Shown: positions 47,926 through 59,989 of the stretch, piece by piece
How the letters are laid out: the number at the start of each line of letters is the position of its first letter
How positions within the stretch are numbered: position 1 is the first letter of the stretch
Assembly (NCBI RefSeq): GCF_018350175.1
Contig: NC_058368.1
Coordinates: 119,104,001 to 119,168,000 of the forward strand
Reading direction: 5' to 3'
DNA from: Felis catus
Taxonomy: Eukaryota
Length of the DNA stretch: 64,000 nt
Program-made: the position numbers and the translations under genes
Notes under the pieces: model-generated
The model's input: the letters and a program-made list of their open reading frames with translations, nothing else
Databases searched by the model: none
Told to the model about the DNA's origin: nothing

Positions 47926-48629
47926 TCCTCGATCCCAATGATACAGTTTACCCATCCCTTTGATGGAGGTGGGAAGCTGGCATTAGCAGATGGTGATGGA
48001 CCTGTTGTGGAGATAAACAGCACTGAACTAACAGGAAGTGTCGCATTTATCTTAACCCTGAGTGGTCTCTGTACTTCTCCACTCAGGCTCTCAACTGGCG
48101 CTCCAGGCCTCTCTCCTAGATCCCCAGCAGTAAGTCCTGTAACAGCCCTAGTCCGCCCCCCTCTTCATCACCCTATCCCTATAGGTGCCCGTGAAGAACA
48201 GACTGGTCTCCTTCCCACTGGGAAGAGTGCAACCGGGTAGCTGGCACTGAACGTGCAGAGGCCACACAGGTGTTGGAGACTTTGGACCTTGGGATCAACC
48301 TGAGGATGAGCGGGGCCCTTGTGACTGCTCAGCTGTGGCAGAACACTAATTCCGGAGTCCCCCATGTGACAGGAAGCTGTCTCTCTGAATAAGTTGGGCT
48401 CAGCATGCAGCTGTGTGGATGCTTGGGGCGTGGGGAAAGCAGAAACCTCTGTCAGGCCGTTGAGCAAAAAAAAAAAAAAAAAAAAAAGTCAAGAAGAAAA
48501 GCCGTTGTAATGAGATTTTTTGGTGTTTCATGGACAATGATGGTATGTGCTGCTCTTTGGGCTGAATCTTTACAGATCCACAGAACTTCCTAGATAAAAT
48601 CTTTTTTGTAGAGCAGCCTCTGTCCTTTA

Positions 48630-49085
48630 TGCAACAATATTTACTATGTGCCTAACTAGTGCCGGGCACTTGCTGGGTGCTAGGTAGAGCTGGGAACATG
48701 ACACACCCCATCTTGGCTCTCAGGGAGCTCATATTCTAGAAGGGAGACAGGCATTAAACGTGTGCTTAAAAGAATCATTATGTGAATTATAATAGGGATT
48801 AGCATAATGAAGGAAGAGGCAAAGAATGGAGGAATCTCCTCTAATGGGTAGAGGGTGGGCAGTCTGAGGAAGCCTTTTGGGAGAAAGTGATATTTAAGCT
48901 GAGGCTAGAAGTTTGCAGGGAAGTTGGCCAGGCAAAGTGGGTGGAATGAATTCATCACTCATTCTCTTATTCAGCAATTACTTATTGAGCACATCTTATT
49001 GCCAGGCACTGCTCTAGAATATTAGGAAACACTACTGAGTAAATCAGACAAAAATTGCTATGCTCATAGAGTGAAATTCCCAGTT
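48630..49085 (-). mobile_element. Two consecutive L2 3' fragments
   Basis: caacaatatttactatgtgcctaactagtgccgggcact; second start attcagcaattacttattgagcacatcttattgccaggcactgctctag. Confidence 0.8.
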
Positions 49086-49089
49086 GTGC

Positions 49090-49200
49090 GGAATTTCTAT
49101 TGCTACAGAACCAACCTCCTAAAAACGTAGATGCTGACAGCGGCCACTTATCTTGCTCAGAATTTGCATGTCAGGAAATCAGGAAGGACAGCAACACGGC
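49090..49200 (-). mobile_element. MLT1-like LTR fragment
   Basis: tctattgctacagaaccaacctcctaaaaacgtag...ttgctcagaatttgcatgtcaggaaatcagg. Confidence 0.5.
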
Positions 49201-49513
49201 AACACTGGGGCTTCTTCACATCCTTCCAGGCCAGGATGATGTAAGTGTTCATACTTTAGTCAGGAGGAAGCAGTGGGAGATGAGTTCTCAGTAGGGAGGG
49301 CAGGAACAGGGCAGATTCATCCTACTACCCAAGAATTGCCCAGGGCTCAGGCCCCTTGGCTCATGGTCTGAAAAGTGGGTCTGTTTCGCAGAAAGCTCCT
49401 ATTGGGCCCTCCATACTGGTATGGTTTCTACAGAGTGGGGACTACAGGCAAAGTTAGGGAAATAACAACAGAAATGCAAAGCTGGAGATGGCTGAGAGAA
49501 CCTTGACAGGAGA

Positions 49514-49990
49514 AGCAGTAGGCAGAAAAGGTACCTCCCCAAGATGTCCACAGTCTGATTTCCAGGGTCTGGAATGTGTTGGGTCACATGGCAAAGGAGA
49601 ATTAAGGTTGCAGATGGAATTAAGGCTGCTAATCAGCTAATGTAGAATAGGGAGATAAAGTCTTGGATTATCTAGGTGGGCCCAAGGTCATTGCAAGGGC
49701 CTTCAGGATGGAGGAAGGAGGTAGAAGGGACTCCAGAGTCAGAGATTTGAAGATGCTAAACAGCTGGTCTGAAGATAGAGGAAGGGGTTCTAGAAGCTGG
49801 GTAAGTCAGGATAACAGATTTTCCCCCCAGTGCCTACAGAGGGCATGCAGGTCTGCTGACACCTTGATTTTAGCTCAATGAGACCCATTTCTAACTTCTG
49901 TTCTTCAGAGCCATAAGACAATACACTTATGTTGTTTTATGCCACTAGATTTGTGGTAATTTTTTACAACAGCAATAGAAATGTGGTATA
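49514..49990 (+). mobile_element. MLT1D-like MaLR solo LTR
   Basis: cacatggcaaaggagaattaaggttgcagatggaattaaggctgctaatcagct...ctgctgacaccttgattttagctcaatgagaccc...ttgtggtaattttttacaacagcaatagaaa. Confidence 0.92.
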
Positions 49991-50184
49991 GGATACAACG
50001 CATTGGGTAATTATATTGCGACGCCATGTACTTCAACGAAAGAGGTAGGCAGCAAAGTTCTGATTAATTCAAGGACATGTCCTGTCTGGCAACAATCTCA
50101 TCAGTTAAACAAAAACTAGGAGAGTAGCCCAAGGGAAACATGTAGGATGCATTAATGGCTCTTACTTCTCCCAATGTTACCAAT

Positions 50185-50625
50185 GTCATCTATCATAAAT
50201 GAGCACTTACTATGTGATAGGCACTTTGCAGACATCTGTATTCTTTATAACAACTCCATGACATAGGCTTTGGTCTCCATTTCTCTACATAAAGAATAGC
50301 TCAGAGAGGGGCGCCTGGGTGGCGCAGTCGGTTAAGCGTCCGACTTCAGCCAGGTCACGATCTCATGGTCCGTGAGTTCGAGCCCCGCGTCAGGCTCTGG
50401 GCTGATGGCTCAGAGCCTGGAGCCTGTTTCCGATTCTGTGTCTCCCTCTCTCTCTGCCCCTCCTCCGTTCATGCTCTGTCTTTCTCTGTCCCAAAAATAA
50501 ATAAACATTGAAAAAAAAATTAAAAAAAGAAAAAAAGAATAGCTCAGAGAGCTTAAGTGACTTACCCAAGGTTATACATGTAGTCAGAGAATTTGAACTC
50601 AGATTTCACTTGATTATCCAAGATT
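50185..50625 (-). mobile_element. MIR split by the young SINE at 50308
   Basis: tgagcacttactatgtgataggcact...gctcagagag[SINE]cttaagtgacttacccaaggttatac...gaatttgaactcag. Confidence 0.8.
50308..50533 (+). mobile_element. Young full-length SINEC_Fc with intact Pol III A and B boxes
   Basis: A box TGGCGCAGTCGG 50320-50331; B box GTTCGAGCC 50376-50384; perfect 17-bp TSD AAAGAATAGCTCAGAGA at 50291-50307 and 50534-50550. Confidence 0.98.
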
Positions 50626-50714
50626 ATTGGGTCAACACTACTATGGGTTTTCTTTACACTCTCATATTATCTGAGGTAGATGAAAGAGAGAAGGCCATAA
50701 ACCCCATGGGGGAG

Positions 50715-50845
50715 AAATGTTATTCATCCTGGTTATCACCAAATCCCTCTGCCTAGAACATTGTCTACTGTAAAACAGGCATTCCATATTTACATTTTTT
50801 CAATGAATGAATGAATAAATGGATGGATGGGTGGATGGATGGATC
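50715..50845 (+). mobile_element. L2 3' end with (TGAA)/(TGGA) tail
   Basis: tgcctagaacattgtc...caatgaatgaatgaataaatggatggatgg. Confidence 0.6.
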
Positions 50846-50877
50846 AAAACTCTGGTGTAGGAAAATGGAAACCTAGA

Positions 50878-50990
50878 TTAGAATCAAAGTGCCTGAGAGC
50901 TGGAAGACCTGAGAAATTGTTTAATCCATTCCTTTAATTTTATAGATGGGCAAACTGGGGCCCAGGGAGTCGAAGAGAGTGATCCCCTGA
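50878..50990 (-). mobile_element. MIR3/MIR fragment
   Basis: ttagaatc...gagctggaagacc...ttttatagatgggcaaactggggcccaggga. Confidence 0.65.
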
Positions 50991-51897
50991 GAGCTTAAAA
51001 AAATGCTCTGCTGAGGAGGGTGGTTTTGGATGAATATACATTTAAGAAGAGTGGGTTATTGGATTGCAAACCGGAAGTTCACATGTAACTGATTCCATTC
51101 TACATATTTTAAGCTGAGCTTTAGAAAATAAAGGTTAATGTAGGTCATTCTCCTATCTCACTTTCAAGACTAGTCATTGTCTATAGACAGGAGGAGCACA
51201 GGGGATGCCCAAGCTGATGCAGAGAAGGGAGAGACTGCAGAGAAGGGACTGACTTTCAAAGCTGATCCTTTTCTATAACCCTTGGTGAAGTCAGAGGCAC
51301 TATGTGACCTTGGAAAATAGTGCAATTTTTACTGCAGTTGGATAGTATTACACTTGTTGAAGTATGTAAAGCTGAGAAGAATGAGATTGAAGGAACAGGT
51401 GGCAGAGGGGATAATTGAAAGTGGTTTCTGTAAATGGAGAAACAGAATGGAGCAGAGGTGTCTCTTCCATTCGGGGAAGCTGAGACATCTGTAACACCTA
51501 AGACCAGTGAGAACATACCTGATGAACATAGCTGTGTACTTGGTGCATTGTGTGCGTTCCAGAGAACCTTGTGGGTTTTCCATGGGGACGGTCCTTTAAA
51601 GGCTGGAGGTCATAAGAGCAGAGATAGGACTGCGGCTGGAAAATGATTGTGTAACTTCACCTGTTATGTTAGGAACAGGTGACAGTCAGCATTTCAACCA
51701 GTTGAATGAAAAGTTCAGAGTTCTTCCTGTGTTCATTATAAAGAAAATGTAAATGATAATTCAAAGCTGTGCTTTATGGGTTATGGATTTAGGGTGATGT
51801 TAAGAGGCTTTTAATTTGGAGAATTTTTTTTCAAAATACAAACGATTTGATATGATAACACAGTGAGATGTAGACAGAAATGATTCATCTTCAAAGG

Positions 51898-52075
51898 GAC
51901 ATAGTGCAGTAGTGGCTAAGAACTTGAACCTCAAGTCAAAATGGACCACCCTTTACTTGCTGTGGACATTGGCCAAGTCGCATTTCAGTTTCCTTCACTT
52001 ATGAAAAGGGAGTACTAATGGTAAGCCTTTTACAGGATTGTTTTGAGGATTAATTGACACAGGTAATACAGCTCA
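51898..52075 (+). mobile_element. MIR
   Basis: catagtgcagtagtggctaagaac...tcagtttccttc...caggattgttttgaggattaa. Confidence 0.75.
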
Positions 52076-54409
52076 CATGTTACTTGTATCCATTTCTAAG
52101 CTCTCTGCTGATGTTTTTCATCATTTCAGATATTTTAGTGAGGCCATTGTGTGGATATATGTATCTGCCTCTCTGACTGATTTTTTAAAAAGTTGGATAA
52201 AATGGGTCCAGAGGAAGAGATGAAAATAACACTTATCATCTGGCTGTGCAGTCAAGTGGGTCTTGGAGTAGAAAATGACAAATGAGTGTGTGTGCGGAAT
52301 GGAGCCCTCACCACTTAGGGTATATGTGGGCATCTCGCGTCTGCTTTCCAGAAGCACAGCTAACCATCTCACCCCGAGGACGGACGCCTCTATCTGCCTT
52401 TGCACACTGTAAACAGAGCAATCTTTCTCTCGTCCTCCCTCAACTCAGGACTCTTTTTTACAGAGACAAACATACACACCTTTTACACAGGCATCACATG
52501 CAGTAAGCCTGGAGTCTTTCCTCACATGGACCCCAGGCAAATGTGATTTGGTTCCTTGACCAGATACCAGTATGTTCTTTATTTACAAGCATCTGATGAG
52601 CAAAACCAACAAAGGTGCTCCTTAGGGACAGGCTGTGTTGACTTCAGGAAAAAGAAAAAAATTGAAAACACAGCCTCCCTGGCAATCCTGTCCTGGTGTG
52701 CTGACTGATCGGTTTGCTGATTAAATTCTTAACCCATACCTATTTGGGGCTTACGTCAGTTTTGCGTCTTTGATCCTTAATTTTGCAGTGCTTCAGTTCT
52801 CAATTTGTTGTTTTTTTTTCTCAGTAAACTGCATAAATGACTCATCGGCAGGAAATGTGGATAAATAGTCAACTTAACTGAAAATACAAATAAACATATC
52901 TTTCTTTTGTAGGGCGGATTTACTTAAAGGGGCAGCAGCCTGAGGAGGAGAGATTGTGATTCCCAGGGCAAAATCCTTTGCCTCTGTAGATTCTAGCCCC
53001 TTTGTCTCTGGCATGGGGCTGGCATGAGCCCCACTGCTTAGGGGACATCTGTCCTTATGGGGAGCTCAGGATTATTGGTTCAGATTTGGCAGTCTCTTCA
53101 TCAAGAACTTAAGTGATTTTTGAATCTGACTAGCACATGTGTGCGTGCGTGTTTTCGGCAACCCCTACAAAGGATTTATCTTTCTCCTTACTCAGAAGGC
53201 TGATACTGTGGTCTCATATAAATGGAGAGCTAACTGCACACTAAACAGACAATAACACTGCGCGCTATGAAACATGCCATGAAGGAACTGACTTAGAATT
53301 AGCATCCAGATGGAATCGTTACCATATGGGCACAGTGCTATGGACATAAAGACATGTTCTTGATTACAATGTCCACATGCCCTTTGATTCTGAAATCTTC
53401 CTAATTTCCATGTAAACAATTTTGTTAGCATGGCAATCACAGGGAGCGGTTACCAGAACCTGCCTTGTATATCTCAGCCAAGATGACAGTGAGGCCAAAC
53501 AGTGGTGGTCATGCAAGCCTTGCAGAAAGCGCCTTTCCATACTTCGTGTCTGGACTCAGTCCAAGTTTCAAGGTTCAGGAGGCCCCCTGAGCATGCTTGG
53601 AGAGACTTGACTCCATGACTGAGGAGAGGTGTAAATATTTCTCTTCCTTTCTTCAGGCCTGGGGATATATTCCCCCTGCTCTTCTACCCTGACCTCCTTG
53701 TAGTTCCCTGCGGTGGGTATTTCCCCAACTCTGCCATCTGTGACAACCCCAAGAACATGCTGGAATGCCACGCTGGAAGGAAGGGGTGTGCTCCCAGGGA
53801 GATTCCCTCCATTACAACTCTTTTCTGTTTCATGTACAAAAGTGAACCTTCGATCCAGAAACCTGGCACAGGCAAAATAAATGTCAAGGCAACATGTTCC
53901 TGAGCCACGGTGAAACGGAAGTATGTCTTTGCTGTGTTTTAAAGTAATAATAAATACTAAACTTAAAAATTTCAATTTCAAATTTACTTCAAAGGATATA
54001 GAATTGCAATTATGGTTACCATCACTTAATAATCATAGGTGAAAAACTGGCAAAAGGTGGAGGGGAGTCCAAGACCCTTCCTACAGACTCCCAAGCAACT
54101 TTATTAAACTCTAAAATGTCAATGTGCGGTGTCTGGAAAACCAGCAACACTCAATTAAATTTCAGGGAGAAGCCAAAACAGACCCTTCTCTCTCTGACTC
54201 TGGGAATCTGGAGCCGGGATGAGTACGGAGAGATACAGGGACGGCTGTTTTGATAGATCTTACAAGTGCTTCAGCAAACCCCTTAGTGATTTAGTATGAA
54301 AATTGATCTTTGTTTAAAGTGTTCCCTCATAGTGATACTCCCTTTGACATCTCCCCAATTTTATTCGCTTTAGATTTCTGGTCTTCAGATAATACTATTA
54401 TACTTCTCC

Positions 54410-54620
54410 GAATAATGATAGCAGCCAGAATCTCTTAGTGCTATACAATTATTGTCTCATTTGATCCTCACATTACATTCATTGGATGAGTATTGTACTC
54501 TCCACATCTTATAGACATGGAAATGGAGGCACTGAGAGGTGCCCTGACTTGCCCAAGGTCACACATCTGGTGGAGCGAGGAAGGGGCAAGACTTGAGTGA
54601 AGAAGCATCTTCTCTGGCCT
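54410..54620 (-). mobile_element. MIR
   Basis: tctcatttgatcctcac...ggaaatggaggcactgagagg...tgacttgcccaaggtcacac. Confidence 0.85.
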
Positions 54621-54739
54621 AGGGGCCAGCCATATGCTGAGGGCTGAGACAAATGCTCCAGAGACCACCTGTCTTAGCTGCTCACCACGCCTGGCCTCTC
54701 CCTGCTCCCAGCACCCCGGCCCTTCTTCCTCAACTGCTC

Positions 54740-54910
54740 TCACAACAGTCATCACTGAGGACTTACTTGTGTAGTGTCCCTCTCCTCTGCCTGAGCAGAA
54801 GCTTCTCGAGGACAGGGACAATGCTTATTTGGATGGCTGCTGAACCCCCAGGTCCTAGCAGTGACTCCAACTTAGTAGATATAAAATCACAATTTGCCAA
54901 GTGCATGAAT
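54740..54910 (+). mobile_element. L2 3' end
   Basis: aagcttctcgaggacagggac...cccccaggtcctagcagtg. Confidence 0.55.
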
Positions 54911-55189
54911 TCCCTTATCCAAAGATTTATACTGTTGGGTGGCATTCACCCACCCACCCCTACAAAGTCAGGGCAGTCTTCCCTTTTCAAGACACACGTG
55001 TTAACCTCAAAGATTAACAGCCCTCTTAAAATATCATAGAAATAGAAATCTGGAATCAAGTTCCTATGGGCCATGGGTGAAAATAAATTTGCTCTTTGAA
55101 ACAACAGGTGTTACAGTGTGTGTACATATTTCCATGTTGCTAAAAGCAGCAGTATCAGCGAAATACTTGAGACCTTTGGAAGATGGGAC

Positions 55190-55400
55190 CCAGGTGCTCT
55201 AGGCTGGACTCTGAGGCTGTCACTTACTGTCTGCAAGACTGTGGGCACAATGTGAAGTCACTGTGCCTCAGTTTCCTTGTCTGTAAAATGGGGATAAAAA
55301 TAGAGCCTATCTTCTAAGGATGGTTAGGAGAATAAGATTAATATATGTAAAATTTCTGGTACAAAGGAATCATTACATAAATCCTACTATTGTATTTCTA
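55190..55400 (+). mobile_element. MIR
   Basis: ctgtgcctcagtttccttgtctgtaaaatggggataaaaatagagcctatc. Confidence 0.85.
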
Positions 55401-55837
55401 ATATGTTACTATCTTGGTAGCACTTCTTTCCTATTTTTATTTAACTGTTTTATCATCATTAAATATTGTTCTTATAACTTTAGTATTTAATGTTTCTTGG
55501 CTGCTTACACCTTGTTGAATCATTCTGTCTTTTAACTTTTTTTTTTTTTAGTATATATTAGGAGCCAAGAACATAAGAACACCTGAATTATTTCTTTTAA
55601 TGACTTAAAAAAATTGCTGGCCTAACTTAGTTGATCTATTTTTTTCTTTTACTATACTTACAGACGCATTTAGTGGTTGGTCTCACAGGCAGGTATTAAT
55701 AGGGAAGCTCACCAACATTTTTTGCCAGAAGCTATTAATAAGTTTCTCGTTCTTTCTCAGTTCTCTGAAAATATATATGTATGTGCTTATATATTTATAA
55801 AGGAATACATTTCATCCTTCTTTCCTTTCCCTTTTTC

Positions 55838-56200
55838 TTCTAATAAATCATCACTGAGCATATGCTAAATGCCATCTACTGGGCTAGGCACCCAGCACCT
55901 ACAAATGTCCCAAGCACCTTCTTTCTCTTTGAAGAGCTAACAGTTTATTGTGGAGATACACATCAAACAGAAATATACAAATATATTTGTGATTTTAAAT
56001 TATTATAACTGCTGTCAAGGAAAAAATTTAAATATGATGAGAAAATATTAGTGGGTGACTGGACTTGGGATGAGAAAGTAAAGGAAGGGATGCTGAGGAA
56101 GTGACATCCAAGGTGCAAAGTGAGTGAAGAAACTTGGGGAAGAAGGAGCCCCTGGGAGAGGCCATGGGGTGGATGAGGCGATGGGGCCATAGACTCAGGG
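55838..56200 (-). mobile_element. L2 3' region
   Basis: taataaatcatcactgagcatatgctaaatgcca...tgaagagctaacagtttattgtggagatac...gaggaagtgacatccaag. Confidence 0.65.
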
Positions 56201-56591
56201 CCTTGAAGTATATTTCTGGGTTCTGTGCTTTATGGTTGAACACAAGGACTGCCTACAAGTGTTGCAAGCAGTGGAATCCCATAAACAGGTTTACTTTAGG
56301 GAAGATCAGTCAGTGCTCTGTGAGGATAGTGTATTAGAGGATTACTTGGGATCTTATCAGCCTTGGGAAGGTTTGGAATTGACATCCTATCCTCCACTTA
56401 CTGGATCAGTGAGGACCAGCCAAATTCCTGTGAATGTGAACAGGTGATAATCTGACCATACAGTCACACAACATTTTTAGGAGCTGGTGGCTTCATCCAG
56501 GCTTCACCATGAGGTGATACTCCCCAGAGACCCTTCATTGCAGAGTGGCAGGGATATATTAGGGCTTCTAGTTTAAAAAATAGTCAATAAT

Positions 56592-56784
56592 GGGGCACCT
56601 GGGCAGCTCAGTCCAGCATCCGACTTCTGCTCAGGTCATGATCTCACGATTTGTGAGTTCGAGCCCCACGTCGGGCTCTGTGCTGACTGTGCAGAGCCTG
56701 CTTGACATTCTCTCTCCCTCTCTCTCTGCTTCTTCCCCACTCACTCTCTCTGTCTCTGTCTCTCTCAAAAATAAATAAACTTTA
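56592..56784 (+). mobile_element. SINEC_Fc-type SINE
   Basis: ggggcacctgggcagctcag...gtgagttcgagccccacgtcgggctctgtgctgac; 16-bp TSD AAAAAA(T/C)AGTCAATAA at 56575-56590 and 56785-56800. Confidence 0.96.
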
Positions 56785-56879
56785 AAAAAACAGTCAATAA
56801 ATAAAGAAAAGTAAATTAAAAATTTATTCTTTTCAAATTGTCCATTTCTTTGTAAATTTTATACCATAAAAATACACTC

Positions 56880-57030
56880 TAACATAAATAATTATAATTA
56901 TATATTAATATATATTATATTTTATATTGTACTATATATATTAATTATGTATTATAGAGTATATGTTACACTATATGCACTATATGTATCTAACTGATAA
57001 ACAGATATATGTATACAGTGATATGTATAC
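56880..57030. repeat. AT-rich low-complexity (TA-type) tract
   Basis: Directly visible. Confidence 0.85.
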
Positions 57031-57224
57031 TGAGTGGGTGGTTTTCCTCCCATGCTATGAACCTGCTACCTGTGTCCAAGGCTACTCTGACTGGAACCCT
57101 GAAATTACTATTCCAGGAATTTATGGTCATATGCTACAGAGATTTAGGGGAAACTTAGGCCAAAATTTATATCGATAAACTAAAGAGATAAAAATAACAA
57201 GTTAAAAACTAAACTCCTGCTCAT

Positions 57225-57305
57225 CTCTATGCTCAGCCCTTCAAAACCCCAGGACAGTGCCTGACACACAGTAGGTATTCAATAAATGTTTGCTGAATGA
57301 ATATA
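57225..57305 (+). mobile_element. L2 3' end
   Basis: aggacagtgcctgacacacagtaggtattcaataaatgtttgctgaatgaat. Confidence 0.8.
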
Positions 57306-57889
57306 CAAAGAAAGCACTAATTTATTGAAAACATTCATCCTGTAATCTAAAATGTATCTACTAACTTTCTAAAATTGCTTAAGCTCACCAAGAAATAGGA
57401 CTGTTAAGCCCCTCACTTGGGCACAGATACTTCCGATATCTTTCTTGTTACTTTTCTGTATTATTCTGTAGTTCCTTTGTGGAGCTGATGGTTTTAGCTC
57501 GCACATCCTTTCTTCCACCTTGCCTGATCCAGGCTTTGGCAGTTCCTAGAAGCTGGCCATGTCCTCTGGCTGGCAGACCTCACTCCATGCCATACACACC
57601 GACTCACCTTTCTTTAAGAGTTTGTTTTGAACTCCCGGGTCTGGCAGAAGCCTAAGTGAAGTGTAAACCCCATTTCTAACAGATCTTATTTTCTCCAACC
57701 AGTCTGGGGACTGATTTAAGCTCCCTTCCTCAAAGTGAGGGCAGACAAAGCATAACAAGATAATTAATGCAGATTCTAACAACGGTCTTAGGAGTAGCTC
57801 AGTTTCCAGGGTGAGCATCAAAGTTGAGAGAAATGTCTACATGGATTCCCGGTGGGTGCAGCTGTTCCTTGTAGAAGAACTCTCTAGAG

Positions 57890-58163
57890 CAGGGGTTGCA
57901 AACCACAGATGGCTCTGGGGAGCCTAGCAGCTAACCTCAGTAGAGAGTAGACATAAAGAGATGTGGAGGACAGAGGATGTAGATGGTGTCCAGAGGGAAT
58001 AGATGCCCCTCAAGTTTAGCCTAATGTCACCATGCAGAATCTTTTTATGTGAAATACTTTAACCTTTAAATGTTGGCAATTAATTAAGAAGACCCACTGT
58101 GCTGGCTCACACACGTCAGAGGGCCTGAACTGGTCCTCTGGGCACCTCTGTGACTAACCTCTG
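57890..58163. mobile_element. hAT-Charlie MITE (MER102-like)
   Basis: Ends caggggttgcaaac / aacctctg; internal ttttatgtgaaat...tttaaatgttggcaattaatt; preceded by the Charlie-type target CTCTAGAG. Confidence 0.65.
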
Positions 58164-59019
58164 CTGTTCTTTTCCATAACCTCACCAGTGCCTTTCTGGC
58201 TTGGTGTCACATTTGTTTCCTCTCGCCTAAGTGGCCTTAAATTAGTCTACACTTTTCTTTCCTTCATTCCCTAATGAAGGATGAAACAGTAGGGATCTTC
58301 CTTATAAATAGCTTCATTTGGAAAGTTCAAAACCAAAACCAAAAATAAGCCTTCCTTTTACGGTAGGAGAACATAGCCACCTGGTGCAGACTCTGGAGCA
58401 AAAGCAAAGAAGAGTTAGAAGAAAATTTGGAAGAACAGCCAGATGGTCTGCTTCCGCTCCTCAGAGCCTTCCCTTGAACCTCAAACAAGATGCTCAAATT
58501 CAAATTTTCCTTTGTTCCCTTGCAGTGCCCTTTCATGCCTTCCTGTGTCACAGTATCACTCACCTTACTGAACCCATGCCTGGGGCCTCTTGCATCAAGG
58601 TTTGGAGAAAGCGTAAGTTCTCCAGCACCTTGAAGAACATCCCTTGTGGCAGGCATAGTTGGGTTTTGCTGAATGACACCTTCATTTTCCTTTGGGAAGC
58701 CACACCTGTCCCTTTGAGGGCAGCAGGGTCATGTACTGCTCCACAGGGCCTGCACCCCCCTGGGTGGGGAGCTGTCCTTGGGCTCTCAAGGGAGAGCAGG
58801 TCCTCATAGGAATGTTGACAAACAGGCAGCCCCCTCCCCAAAACAAAAAGAGCATGCTTGTTGGGCAGGCAGAGCTAACTGGGGACCACAACATCTGACA
58901 CTGGGTAATGTGAATCTGGGGAAAAGTGAAGCTCGCAGAGAAGCCCTTGCCTAGGTCCCTCATGCTGTGAATAAGGAAGGTCAGACATGGAGATGTTGGA
59001 GAACCAGCCTCCAGCACAG

Positions 59020-59200
59020 GAGATGGGACCTGTAGTTTCTCACTGGCTTCTGATACAATTTAGGAGATTTGGCCCTAATTGGTTTGTTGTTCCTCTGCCT
59101 CAGTTGCCTTATCTGCAAAGTGGTCACAATGGTTTCTGACTCAAATAAATTTTCTGAGAATAAATTAGGTCTTATCTTCAAAGTACGCTGTGCCTTGAAA
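59020..59200 (+). mobile_element. MIR
   Basis: ctctgcctcagttgccttatctgcaaagtgg. Confidence 0.6.
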
Positions 59201-59404
59201 GTACAAAATGTAACCAGTAAACAGTTTAACTCTGGAGGGTTCACATCCGGTAAAATCAAGTAATATAAAGCCTTGAATAAAAATGAGGCTTCTCCTTCCA
59301 TTCCAAATTATTTCAGCGATTGCAGGACCCCAGATGTATCTCATTCAACTCCTTGAGTAAATCAGATTGCTCTAGAAAAGCTTCCAGTGTTTGATTTCTA
59401 CAAG

Positions 59405-59660
59405 AGGCAAATGGCTTAAGAGTGGTGGCTAAGCATGTACTAACAGACCTGGGTTTTAATTTTGGGTGTGTCACTTTCTCATGTGACCTTGAGTGAGTTG
59501 CTTAAATTCCTGGTATATTGGTTTTCTCTTCTGAAAAGGGACATGAATGCCTGTAGCTACCACAACAGTGGTGAAGATGGAAAGAGGTCAGGAAAGTAAA
59601 TGCTTGGGACATTAGCTTGTACACATGAAGCTCTGAGTAAATGCCAGGCAATGAGGAAAA
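59405..59660 (+). mobile_element. MIR
   Basis: gtggtggctaagc...cagacctgggtttt...tgtgaccttgagtgagttgcttaa. Confidence 0.75.
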
Positions 59661-59989
59661 TAACGAGGTATTGTCCTCCATACTGTCCTTCCTAATCATG
59701 GAGGCATTTCCTGACTAGAAAAGTTCTTGGCTATATCGTGATTTTTAGTGAGGATATGCAAGGACAAGGGTGAGCTTATCAGAGATAAGCTGGCTCAGGT
59801 GGGTCATCTGCCTTCCCCCTTGCTGCCCAAGGCAGGTCACACAGGACCGACTGTCACCTGCAGTGGGGTCACCCGACCTTGTGCTGCTTATGTTGAGAAA
59901 ATGCCGTCCTTTCCAGTGAAGAGTTTGGCAACAGAAGGAAGGAGTAGGGAAATGAGACAGGAACAAGGATTGCCCTGTTGTTCTGCCAG

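Noticed and set aside
48466..48487. A22 run as the tail of a processed pseudogene
   Set aside because: No upstream AATAAA, no TSD and no recognisable coding sequence upstream
48720..48745. miR-28/151/708-like sequence (ggagctcatattctag)
   Set aside because: Normal L2 3' sequence; no adjacent inverted L2 partner to form the hairpin
58318..58809. 163-aa ORF in non-repeat DNA (similarly ORFs at 44117, 47938, 13882)
   Set aside because: Mostly non-ATG starts, no recognisable domain, composition typical of chance ORFs
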